From IMG/VR virus record IMGVR_UViG_3300020213_000001: 64,000 bases of DNA, one strand, 5' to 3'. This document shows positions 36,512 to 45,314 of this stretch, one piece after another. Source of the stretch: a virus. Under the pieces are notes generated by a model. That model saw nothing but the letters and a program-made list of their open reading frames with translations, was not told the DNA's origin and searched no databases. Position 1 is the first letter of the stretch, and the number at the start of each line of letters is the position of its first letter. The position numbers were made by a program, and so were the translations under genes.

Positions 36512-39500
36512 TTAACACTCTACGTGAATTTCTGTAATGTTGGTATAACACTGTCCCTTGCCGTTTTTCTTGCGTTTATAGAAAAAGTATGCTATAGAGC
36601 CTTTTTTCAATGACTTAGGATACCTCAACTCTCCACTATCGTAATCAGGCCATAGTACTTTTTCAGACACATAGCCTGAGCTATCTATAATGATTTTAAG
36701 GGCTTTTTTGCTTCCATTAGAGTATTCAAACTCTTTACAATCAATAACATATCCAGCACATGCGGCGTATATTTCTTCTTCAGGCTCCATTAAATCAATT
36801 CTTTGAAGGTGTTCCCCGGTCACTAGAGGAAGCTCCCTAGCCCATTTGTTCATAACCCTACAGAAAGGCTTTCCTGGAAGCAGTTTTAGCTCTGAATCTT
36901 CCAACATAACCTTATGTAGGTCTAGATTCATAGTCGGAAATACAGCTTTTTTCATTAAGAAGTCTTTCTTAGGGGTAAGCATTACATATTCCGAATCAAC
37001 ATTACCCTTGGATGGCCCCTTGTCTTTTAGTTTCTGAATAGCTTTTTCTGATTTAACGTATTTTGCCCTGTCTGTCTCTATGCTTAGATTGTAAATGGCA
37101 TCTTTAACTTTTTCCTCATATTTAACAATCTCTACAAAGTCTTCATAAATTTGAAGTTTCTGTAACAATGTAGAGTCAGCCGGAAACAGAGAGTTAAGAA
37201 CACCTACGTGAATAAGTTTACAAGTAAGTCCTGGACCAGCTACTTTCTTAGATACAAAATCTTTAATGTCAACATACGGCCTTCCAGAAACAATCTTTTC
37301 GGCTGCCTTACCACCAACACCAGAAATCATGGAAAGTTTTGATCGAAGCTTACCTAAATTATAGTCAATTGATATCTCTTCAGTAGAAACGTTGATATCG
37401 GGAGGAAGAACTAGGTCTTTGACGTGTTTATAGTGGCTTTCCTTGATCTCCTTGTCTGTAGAGTTAGAAAGTACAGCCGCCCACCACTCAAGTGGGTAGT
37501 GATACTTAAGAAACGCACATGCGTAGGAAACAGTAGCATAGGCGGTAGCATGGCTAGCGTTAAATCCGTAAGAAGCAAACTTAATCATCATTTGCCATAT
37601 CTTTTCTGCGGTTTGAGCGTCAACGGTTTGACATGAACCTTCAATAAATTTAGGCTTTAAGCTGTCTAGTAGTTTAAACTTCTTCTTACCCATGGCAACA
37701 CGAACGTCTTCAGAATCTGCGACACTCATCTTACCCAACTCAGTAGCAATTTTTGAAACCTGCTCCTGGAAGCAGAGTACAGAGTAAGTTTCTGGAATTA
37801 GAGAGTTTAATATGGGAATATCGGTCTTTGAATGCCCGTTTTTACGTTCAATATATTCCTGCACCATGTTATTACCTGTAATTTCATCAATGAAACCTAG
37901 CGGTCCTGGACGAACCAGTGACGTTGTAACTGCGCAATCTACTATTGATGTGGGTTTAATCCGCATCAAGAAGGGAGTAACCGTTGAAGTGTTAAGCTGG
38001 AACACTGTCTCTGTTTTTCCATCGGATAGCATCTTGAATACTTTTTGATCTTCAGGCAAATCGTAAATATAAGTCTCTTTACCTTCGTGAATGAAATAGC
38101 CGGTTTTAAGCTTAATTCCATTTCTTTTATTGACACTTTCCATGCACATACGAATATCTTTAAGACACAACACAACTAGAAGGTCTAGCTTAACCAGTCC
38201 TGCATACTCGCAATCTTTAGCATCTGGCTGGGTTATGCGTTTAACTCCACCGACTTCAAAAACTGGTACGGTTTCCTCTATATCCACATCAGAAATAATA
38301 TACGCAGATGCGTGACGTGACATTTGTCTAGATAGAGATAGGGATTTTTTTACAATTTCCCACTCTTTTGGGCGAGTCTCTGTGTAATTCCTAAGATCTT
38401 TATTTATCTCCAAAAGGCCCCGTATGTGTTCACCATCGCTATTTTCATAACCAAACACCGAGTCATAGTCTGTTATCCCAGGAGGAGTATCTGGAAGGGT
38501 TTTAGACAGAGCCTGTATTTCCTGTTCTAGTGTTCCGTTGTTTACAAAACGATTTGCGTCAAGAATGGCAGATTTAATGCGAAGCAAGGTACGAGTAGAG
38601 CATTGGGCTACTTTATTGCCGTATTTTTCCTTTAAATACCCACCGTTACCATCTTTGCCAACCAGAGGCTCCCTGTCTTCAAAATCGGAATCAATATCCA
38701 TCCACGATCCCTGGCGAATACGGTCAATAGTGGCAAACCTGGCAGAGCTAAGCTTATATTTAATAGGGTCAATCTGTGTAATACCCATCAAATAAGCGAT
38801 CAGGAAACCACCAACAGAGCCGCGCCCTGGACCTACTAGATATCCATTGTCTTCATAGAATTTAAAGATATCAATCAAAGGTATGAAGTACGGGATGAGG
38901 TTTTTTACCCCATTGTTTTCTAGCAAATCCATTTCTTCATTAAACTGCTTTACATAAATAGGATTGTTCCAGTCCAGACGCCCCTGAGCTGCAATAGCGT
39001 CCATCATTTGTTTTTTGGGGTTTTCTCCTACATCCGGTAGTCTGTATTCATATTTTAGATTAAAGTCTTTAAACTTATCAGCCCAGTCGTGACTGTTTTT
39101 AACCATTTTAGTAATAAAAGAGTCTTCTAGACCAATTTTAGTGGTTAGGTATTCCCTAACATCGCTGGTACGGCGCATGAATTGACTCTTAATAACCCGT
39201 CTTTCCTCACCTAGGCGCATGTCCTGTACAACTTTATCGTCTCTGTCTGCGTAGTAGCTATAGTTGTTAATCAAAAGCCTGTCTAAGTCCCCATACCGTT
39301 TTGCCAGAGCAAGTATGAACTTATTAGCCTTAAGCTGTATGTCACCCTCTGGAATATCAACAAAATCATTGACTAGCTTAGCAGATAGCACTTCTGAGAG
39401 GCTCTCCTTGACACCGTAGAGCACTTTGTTGATACTAACATGTGTCAGGTGGCACGGCTTACCAAACTGCTTTTTACGGTATACCTCGAAGGCCTTGGAA

Positions 39501-40156
39501 CGCTTTTCTCCCTCTATGCCAACCCTGTCGTTTATCGGGATATGAACGGTATGGCCGGGTAGTTCGATTTTAACTAGACTATTCCAGTAGCGGTCATGCT
39601 CAAATGGTAAGATCGATGGATAAAAGTTTGAAGAGTCAAACAAATCCCTAAGCTTTTCGTAGTATTTCATTCCCAGGTCAGGACGCCCCACTAGTAGATG
39701 TTTACTAACCATGCACTGAGTGTCAGAGGTGCAAACGGTAAAGGAGTGTTTAGATAGCTCTTCTAGATCAGCCCAATCAAACAAAGGGTAGGAACTGTCG
39801 TTAATTACTACGTTTTTGTCGAAATTAGAGCATTTCTTAACTAGAACCTGATAGGATGCCTGGTCTTTAGCGTGAACTACAATTTTAAAATATTTAATTT
39901 GCTGACTTTCTGTGTTTCTGATTATTTTACAGTTGTTATCCTTAAAATACAGCTCAACCCCTGGAATTAGCTTGATTCCCTTCTTTTGACAGATTTGATA
40001 AGCCTTTAGAATCGCTGTAAGATAACCGTGGTCTGTGACTGCGAAATACCCAAGCCCCATTTCCTTAGTCTTGCTAACCATCGTATCAATAGTTGATCCG
40101 GTTATGGGGCTTTCAGAGTGATTTACAGGGCTAATGTGGTTAGTAAGATGATCCAT
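36512..40156 (-). CDS. dnaE: DNA polymerase III alpha subunit
   Basis: PHP (TDHG, GVE), GPGRGSVGG, DIDSDF, SRHASA, KLDLL, FASYGFNASHA; start placed at ATG 40156. Confidence 0.95.
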   Translation of the reverse strand: MDHLTNHISPVNHSESPITGSTIDTMVSKTKEMGLGYFAVTDHGYLTAILKAYQICQKKGIKLIPGVELYFKDNNCKIIRNTESQQIKYFKIVVHAKDQASYQVLVKKCSNFDKNVVINDSSYPLFDWADLEELSKHSFTVCTSDTQCMVSKHLLVGRPDLGMKYYEKLRDLFDSSNFYPSILPFEHDRYWNSLVKIELPGHTVHIPINDRVGIEGEKRSKAFEVYRKKQFGKPCHLTHVSINKVLYGVKESLSEVLSAKLVNDFVDIPEGDIQLKANKFILALAKRYGDLDRLLINNYSYYADRDDKVVQDMRLGEERRVIKSQFMRRTSDVREYLTTKIGLEDSFITKMVKNSHDWADKFKDFNLKYEYRLPDVGENPKKQMMDAIAAQGRLDWNNPIYVKQFNEEMDLLENNGVKNLIPYFIPLIDIFKFYEDNGYLVGPGRGSVGGFLIAYLMGITQIDPIKYKLSSARFATIDRIRQGSWMDIDSDFEDREPLVGKDGNGGYLKEKYGNKVAQCSTRTLLRIKSAILDANRFVNNGTLEQEIQALSKTLPDTPPGITDYDSVFGYENSDGEHIRGLLEINKDLRNYTETRPKEWEIVKKSLSLSRQMSRHASAYIISDVDIEETVPVFEVGGVKRITQPDAKDCEYAGLVKLDLLVVLCLKDIRMCMESVNKRNGIKLKTGYFIHEGKETYIYDLPEDQKVFKMLSDGKTETVFQLNTSTVTPFLMRIKPTSIVDCAVTTSLVRPGPLGFIDEITGNNMVQEYIERKNGHSKTDIPILNSLIPETYSVLCFQEQVSKIATELGKMSVADSEDVRVAMGKKKFKLLDSLKPKFIEGSCQTVDAQTAEKIWQMMIKFASYGFNASHATAYATVSYACAFLKYHYPLEWWAAVLSNSTDKEIKESHYKHVKDLVLPPDINVSTEEISIDYNLGKLRSKLSMISGVGGKAAEKIVSGRPYVDIKDFVSKKVAGPGLTCKLIHVGVLNSLFPADSTLLQKLQIYEDFVEIVKYEEKVKDAIYNLSIETDRAKYVKSEKAIQKLKDKGPSKGNVDSEYVMLTPKKDFLMKKAVFPTMNLDLHKVMLEDSELKLLPGKPFCRVMNKWARELPLVTGEHLQRIDLMEPEEEIYAACAGYVIDCKEFEYSNGSKKALKIIIDSSGYVSEKVLWPDYDSGELRYPKSLKKGSIAYFFYKRKKNGKGQCYTNITEIHVEC

Positions 40157-40199
40157 AAAATATACTACCACAGATTAAAACGTATAAAAATAGAGCTAT

Positions 40200-40832
40200 C
40201 TATTCCATCTCTACAATGTTCAAAAGTTCATGGTTGGAAATCCCAAGGATGGAAGTCTTTTTGTCCTTCATCATTTTCTTCATAGCTTGATAAACACTAA
40301 CGGTCATTTTAACATCTTGTTGTGCGTTGTGGGCTTCACCCTTAGGTACGTTAAAGTGCTCTACAAGGCTAGTTAGATTACCGAGATCGTCAGGTAAGTA
40401 TCCGATATCCTGCAGGAAGGTTGTGATATATAGAGTGTCAATGGGGCGATAGTGTACAGTGCCTTCCCACTCTTCTTGAGACATTAGCTGAGCAAAGATA
40501 AACCTTAGATCGAAGGTTATATTTTGTCCGAACGGTCTGTAATGCTTGCGTTTTCCCTTAATTTTGTGCTTTTGAAGTAACGCCGCTAGCTTTTTGCTAC
40601 CCTCAGACATGGTAACTGTTTTAGGGTTTTTCAAATGGTCTGCAATATTTATACCAGTAACAGCCAGGGCTTGAGCCTCCGCAACGATATCACCGCTATC
40701 TGGTTTCAAATAAAGATCCAATGAGTCCAACAACTTCCAGTTTTCATCGTAGACTTCAAAATAAGCCGTAAGAATAGAGTGGGTTTTCTCATTGAGGCCA
40801 GATGTTTCTGTATCAAAAGCTAAGAATTTCAT
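40200..40832 (-). CDS. dnaQ: DEDDh 3'-5' exonuclease (Pol III epsilon-like)
   Basis: FDTETSGL, GQNITFD, AHNAQQD. Confidence 0.88.
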   Translation of the reverse strand: MKFLAFDTETSGLNEKTHSILTAYFEVYDENWKLLDSLDLYLKPDSGDIVAEAQALAVTGINIADHLKNPKTVTMSEGSKKLAALLQKHKIKGKRKHYRPFGQNITFDLRFIFAQLMSQEEWEGTVHYRPIDTLYITTFLQDIGYLPDDLGNLTSLVEHFNVPKGEAHNAQQDVKMTVSVYQAMKKMMKDKKTSILGISNHELLNIVEME

Positions 40833-41044
40833 TAAATCTCCATTAACTCTCTGATTTTATTAACAGCACTTTCAAAAATTTCCCTGACTTCCTCTTCACT
40901 TAACAATAATACCTTCGCTATACGCGCATCGTCAACCCCGTCTGGGTTTTTTTCTATCAATTTTTTTAAACTATTGCCAAGACGTGGGCAATAGATGAAG
41001 TCTTCTTCGTTTGTAATTCTAAGTCTTATAGTATTAACGTCCAT
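40832..41044 (-). CDS. Small protein resembling sigma region 4.2 HTH
   Basis: DARIAKVLLLSEEEVREIFESAVNKIR vs sigma consensus EEIG..LGLSRERVRQIE..AL.KLR. Confidence 0.55.
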   Translation of the reverse strand: MDVNTIRLRITNEEDFIYCPRLGNSLKKLIEKNPDGVDDARIAKVLLLSEEEVREIFESAVNKIRELMEI

Positions 41045-41423
41045 TTCTTCCCTTGAAGGGTAAAACCCTCTCTTCTGCTACTTCTTCTATGTATATTGAT
41101 TCAAATTCATCTAATCTTTTTTCATATTGGTCTAATTTTATTTTCATTTCTTTCTTTAGGTTATCCCTAAAGTGTTCGTATTTTAAGATTTCACCGTCGG
41201 CTACACCTAGCTCTTCCATAGACCTTTTGTATTCTTTGATTACACTAATAGTAGAGCCGGATCTGTGTAGTTGAATGTTGTACTCCAAATCTCTCTTAAT
41301 TCTATTTAGATATATCAAATTACGGTCTATAATGCACAGGTCATCCTCCATTAGTTTGAGATTCATCTCAAGCCCTAACAGGATACCTCTTAATTTCCTT
41401 ATTTTATTTCTAAAAATGCTCAT
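41034..41423 (-). CDS. Coiled-coil hypothetical protein
   Basis: 129 aa ORF. Confidence 0.6.
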   Translation of the reverse strand: MSIFRNKIRKLRGILLGLEMNLKLMEDDLCIIDRNLIYLNRIKRDLEYNIQLHRSGSTISVIKEYKRSMEELGVADGEILKYEHFRDNLKKEMKIKLDQYEKRLDEFESIYIEEVAEERVLPFKGRNGR

Positions 41424-41823
41424 CTATTTTCTTTCTATGTCCACACTTACTATTCCCACAGGTATCAACTCTAAAGCCGTTGAATTTTAGCGTTTTAAAA
41501 TCGTCTCCACCACACTTAGGACATCTGTTCTTTGACTTCTTCAAGGGTCTTTCTTTGGCAGAAGTTTCCACCAATTCTTTTAGAGATCGATCCTCTACAA
41601 CTTCACTCAAGTAGTCTTTTGTCTTATCCCAAGCTGCCTCTAGTGTTGCTACTTCAGAGAGAAGATTCCTAATAGTTTTATCTTTCGCCCTTATTTGAGC
41701 CTTTAGGCTTTTTATTTCATCTTCAAGCTTAACGATTCTATCTTTATGGTTTTTTTTAGCCCAATCTCTTGGTTCCAAGTTTTTCTTCATTTTTTTCCTA
41801 CAGTATATAATACCACGAAACAA
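41410..41823 (-). CDS. Coiled-coil plus zinc-ribbon protein
   Basis: CPKCGG...CGNSKC; likely start 41790. Confidence 0.6.
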   Translation of the reverse strand: MFRGIIYCRKKMKKNLEPRDWAKKNHKDRIVKLEDEIKSLKAQIRAKDKTIRNLLSEVATLEAAWDKTKDYLSEVVEDRSLKELVETSAKERPLKKSKNRCPKCGGDDFKTLKFNGFRVDTCGNSKCGHRKKIDEHF

Positions 41824-41867
41824 TTACGATTGTTTTATAAAAAGGAACTAAGAATTTAGGCTTGTTT

Positions 41868-43703
41868 CTATTTCTTAGATTTATGCCAACTCATTCTGCC
41901 GTTTTTTGTGCGAATGATGTTGATTAGTTGGCGAGAGCCGTTGGGATATTGAATACACATTGTCTGTGTCCAGGAGGATGGTCCAGAATTGTAACTCAAT
42001 TTAAGTGTTGTTGATGTCCCTACTTGATAAACTTGACGCCAAATACCTGCGGTATGGGAGTGTCCAACAGTAGCCTTATGGTAAGCCTTCTCTATACCCC
42101 TCATAGAGCCTTTGCTTCCATTAGCCCCCTTGTCTCCATGGGCACCGTTTTCAACACCATAAACAATGTAGTCTTCGTCTCTGTCCAGCCATTTTACTGA
42201 ATCTGGAGAGTCTATACCTACCATTTCTACAATTAGGTGTTTTAAAACGTCTTTCTTCTCTATGAATTTCTTAACTAGATCAACTGCGTAGTATAGATTT
42301 TCAGCATCGTCTTTCCATCGCCCTTCGTCAATATAACGCTCTAGAGCCTCATCGTGATTGGATTTAACAATTGTAATGTTATCTACCCTGTTAGACCATA
42401 GATTTAGCCATTCGGCGGTTATCTTTGCCTCATACATCATAGAGCTTTTGCCAGCCATAGTGATTTGAGCGCGGGTAGCCTTCTTCGTCTGGTCATGGTG
42501 GTTATTGAATCTACAGTCAAAAATGTCGTGAACGATGATTTCTTTGCAGTTTGCTTTATCTGTAATCTCAGCCAAACACTGGTCAACTTCTAGATCATGT
42601 GAACCTACGTGAGTGTCTCCAAAAACACATACTGATTCGGTTACTTCACTGATTTTTCCATTGGGAGAGTATTTAACGCCTAGGTCAATGAAAGAGCCGT
42701 CTTCCTCTGCCTGAATTTGCCTAAAATGAAAAATATCCCCGTCTTCAATCTCAACTATGATGGCACCTACTAGGTGGTCAAAATCTGCAAGATAAGAAGT
42801 TCTTTGAGACATGTAGAAGTCTGTAGAGTAATCAGAAACAGTAATAGCGCCGGTAGTCATTAACGCTCTAGGAAGTTTTGTGTTGGAGTTGGCTATAAAT
42901 TCAAGATATTGTTTAGGAGAGGCTAGGATCATAGACCCTTTAGCTTGTGCTAGTCTCTGCAAACCTGTTAGAGGATTTATCTGCTTAGCACTTACCTTGA
43001 TACTAGATAGTAAGATGTTATTGTTTAGGTATAAATCTTTAAATGCAAATTCACAATCCTTAAGTCTAGGATCAAGTTCAAAAGAAAAGGAGGATTCTCT
43101 TTTAATAACATCTTCACACGGCTGAATGATGATTAGAGCGTCTCTTTCTTTTTTAAAGGTTTCTAGGCTGTTTAAAAAACCTTCATGTATTTTTTTATTA
43201 TTTACAGCAGTCGTAATAATAAAGGTAGATTTTTCATTAACCTTATTTTTAAGCAAGCTGAATGACTTTTCTGTAAATACAGAATCATTCACTAGTTTAG
43301 AAAAAATCTCTGGATACTCTTCAGAGGCTTCTGTGTATAGATTAGAAAAGTTTACAAAGACTTTGTTGACAGAGCTAGAGCTAAAGCCAAGGTCTTGTAG
43401 AATAGCCTGAGTTGGAGTGATGCCGTATTTAGATACATAGTTTCCGTAAGCCTTTAGGATATCCTGCCTAATATCGGAACTTTCTTCTATCTTTTTGGTT
43501 TCAACTTTAGGGAAAAACAATGCCTTAACAGTTCCGTATCCACCTAGCTCATTAAGCTGCTCTTTATTTAACCTGCTGATTTTATTGTCAATAGCAACTC
43601 TAATATACTCATCACGCTTGATTTCCGATGGTGATAGCTTAAGTACTTCAGAAACTTCTCTCATTGATTTTTTGAATAATTCAATGAGTGCCTTGTTTTT
43701 CAT
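41868..43703 (-). CDS. Large phage protein with C-terminal metallophosphoesterase fold
   Basis: GDTHVG, HDIFD, SNHD, HGD, GHSH. Confidence 0.75.
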   Translation of the reverse strand: MKNKALIELFKKSMREVSEVLKLSPSEIKRDEYIRVAIDNKISRLNKEQLNELGGYGTVKALFFPKVETKKIEESSDIRQDILKAYGNYVSKYGITPTQAILQDLGFSSSSVNKVFVNFSNLYTEASEEYPEIFSKLVNDSVFTEKSFSLLKNKVNEKSTFIITTAVNNKKIHEGFLNSLETFKKERDALIIIQPCEDVIKRESSFSFELDPRLKDCEFAFKDLYLNNNILLSSIKVSAKQINPLTGLQRLAQAKGSMILASPKQYLEFIANSNTKLPRALMTTGAITVSDYSTDFYMSQRTSYLADFDHLVGAIIVEIEDGDIFHFRQIQAEEDGSFIDLGVKYSPNGKISEVTESVCVFGDTHVGSHDLEVDQCLAEITDKANCKEIIVHDIFDCRFNNHHDQTKKATRAQITMAGKSSMMYEAKITAEWLNLWSNRVDNITIVKSNHDEALERYIDEGRWKDDAENLYYAVDLVKKFIEKKDVLKHLIVEMVGIDSPDSVKWLDRDEDYIVYGVENGAHGDKGANGSKGSMRGIEKAYHKATVGHSHTAGIWRQVYQVGTSTTLKLSYNSGPSSWTQTMCIQYPNGSRQLINIIRTKNGRMSWHKSKK

Positions 43704-43747
43704 CTATTTCCCTTGAAAAGCTTTATACAAAGATTGCCCTTATTGGG

Positions 43748-44335
43748 TTAATCTTGAGTGACGGCGTTTGGGTTTTTTTCAACACCTTCAGCAATACTAT
43801 ATACTTCCAAGATTTCAAGAGTGGTTCCGTCTGCATTGGTTACCGATTCTCCTGCTTTTTTACCCATAACTGAATGTCGGGCATCTTCAACGATAGCGGT
43901 TACTGCAAACTGAATACGCCCATTGATTACGTTTTTCTCTTCGTCTAGCTCACGGCCTACTACGAAAGAACGCTCCTCAATTTCTCCACTTTCTGACCTA
44001 AGTAGAACTCCGTTTTCTTGAAGGAAGGAAACCTGTGCCTTAAGTTCGTTAATGCTTTCTTCCACTAGGAGATTGTCGATCATTTCACCCTTCATTTGTC
44101 CTTGCTCACCAGCTTGAATTGTTGCATTTAGACGCTTGGCCAACGCCCTAAGTGTCTGTTTTAGCTCGTAAGAAGACTGCCTTAGCTCTTCGATTTCTTT
44201 CTTAAGCAAGTCAATGCTGTTGGCTAGAAATTTAGCGTTATGTGTTGACCTATCGTTAATCTGCAGCACAGCGTCTTCTAGACCTTCAATACGTTGGGCT
44301 GCGGTTAGTTTCTTGGCATTCTTGTCGGTTGTCAT
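43748..44335 (-). CDS. Hypothetical protein
   Basis: 195 aa, coiled-coil N-terminus, AGGAG SD. Confidence 0.65.
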   Translation of the reverse strand: MTTDKNAKKLTAAQRIEGLEDAVLQINDRSTHNAKFLANSIDLLKKEIEELRQSSYELKQTLRALAKRLNATIQAGEQGQMKGEMIDNLLVEESINELKAQVSFLQENGVLLRSESGEIEERSFVVGRELDEEKNVINGRIQFAVTAIVEDARHSVMGKKAGESVTNADGTTLEILEVYSIAEGVEKNPNAVTQD

Positions 44336-44342
44336 GGGACTC

Positions 44343-45287
44343 CTATTTGGTTAACATTGTTGATAGAATATTACCTAAAGCTGTATTCGAGTTACTATCG
44401 CCTCTGGATTGCGTAGACGGGGCACCTGAAACCCCTGTATAGGGTTGAATAGGAACATACCCGGGAGGCCTTTTCTTATTATTCATGGATACAATATCGG
44501 CCGCAGATAGGTTCTTTTCCTGCTCTCTCTGTACTTCTCTACGTTTTTCTCGTTTAATATCTTCCTTGGCCAACTCAATCGCTTCATCATCTGAGATTTC
44601 ATTAGACTTGAACTTACGCTTAATTCCATCTGTTTTTGGTGGTTTAGAGACTGGACTGCTTTTTACCTGTTTTTTCTCAAAAACTTTTTTATTTACCGGC
44701 TCTTTGCTCTTAGAGGGCTTAAATGGCTGAAACTCTTCTTCTTCGTCTTCCTGATCAAGCGCCTGAAGTCCCTGTTCTTCTTCAAACTCCTGTTCCTCGT
44801 CTTCTTCTGAAACCCTTAGCTGCTTAGTAGGTGCATTTAAAGATGCTCCCTTAGTTCCCTTAATAGACAGAGCTTTTAGGAATTCTACCTCTACATCATT
44901 GAATTGGGCTTCTACTGCTACTTTTTTAAGCGTTTCTGTCTTTTCTTTCTTAAGACCGAGTAGAATCTCAAGCCTTTGAACTATATAGCTTTTAAGCTCA
45001 TTCTGAACAGCCTGAATAGCCTTAGGATTAGCCTTAACCCCTTTAAACAGGTCATGCTTAATCAACATGTCATATAGCCTGGCTTGCTCTAGGCGAAGCA
45101 TTGCGCTATTAACTACGCTAGACTCACGGCTATCTAGGTCGTATACGGATTTCTTGCTAGAAGAAGGCTTATATACCTTTTCTTCCTCCTCAACCTCGTA
45201 TTCATCTAGTTCGTCAAGAATCTTCTGAGCACTATCCTCAACCCCATCTTCTTCGTTTTCTTTATTCCAAAATGTTTTATTACTCAT
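44343..45287 (-). CDS. Hypothetical acidic, partly disordered protein
   Basis: 314 aa ORF with promoter motif and SD. Confidence 0.65.
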   Translation of the reverse strand: MSNKTFWNKENEEDGVEDSAQKILDELDEYEVEEEEKVYKPSSSKKSVYDLDSRESSVVNSAMLRLEQARLYDMLIKHDLFKGVKANPKAIQAVQNELKSYIVQRLEILLGLKKEKTETLKKVAVEAQFNDVEVEFLKALSIKGTKGASLNAPTKQLRVSEEDEEQEFEEEQGLQALDQEDEEEEFQPFKPSKSKEPVNKKVFEKKQVKSSPVSKPPKTDGIKRKFKSNEISDDEAIELAKEDIKREKRREVQREQEKNLSAADIVSMNNKKRPPGYVPIQPYTGVSGAPSTQSRGDSNSNTALGNILSTMLTK

Positions 45288-45302
45288 AAATGCCCCTTAA
45301 AA

Positions 45303-45314
45303 TATAATACCACG
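45303..45314 (-). promoter_or_regulatory. Representative extended -10 promoter CGTGGTATTATA (about 16 near-copies in window)
   Basis: Copies at 2993, 5712(+), 10345, 12820, 16039, 24161, 27348, 40161, 41806, 45303, 48854, 51177, 52318, 56745, 58249, 60609, all at gene junctions. Confidence 0.75.
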
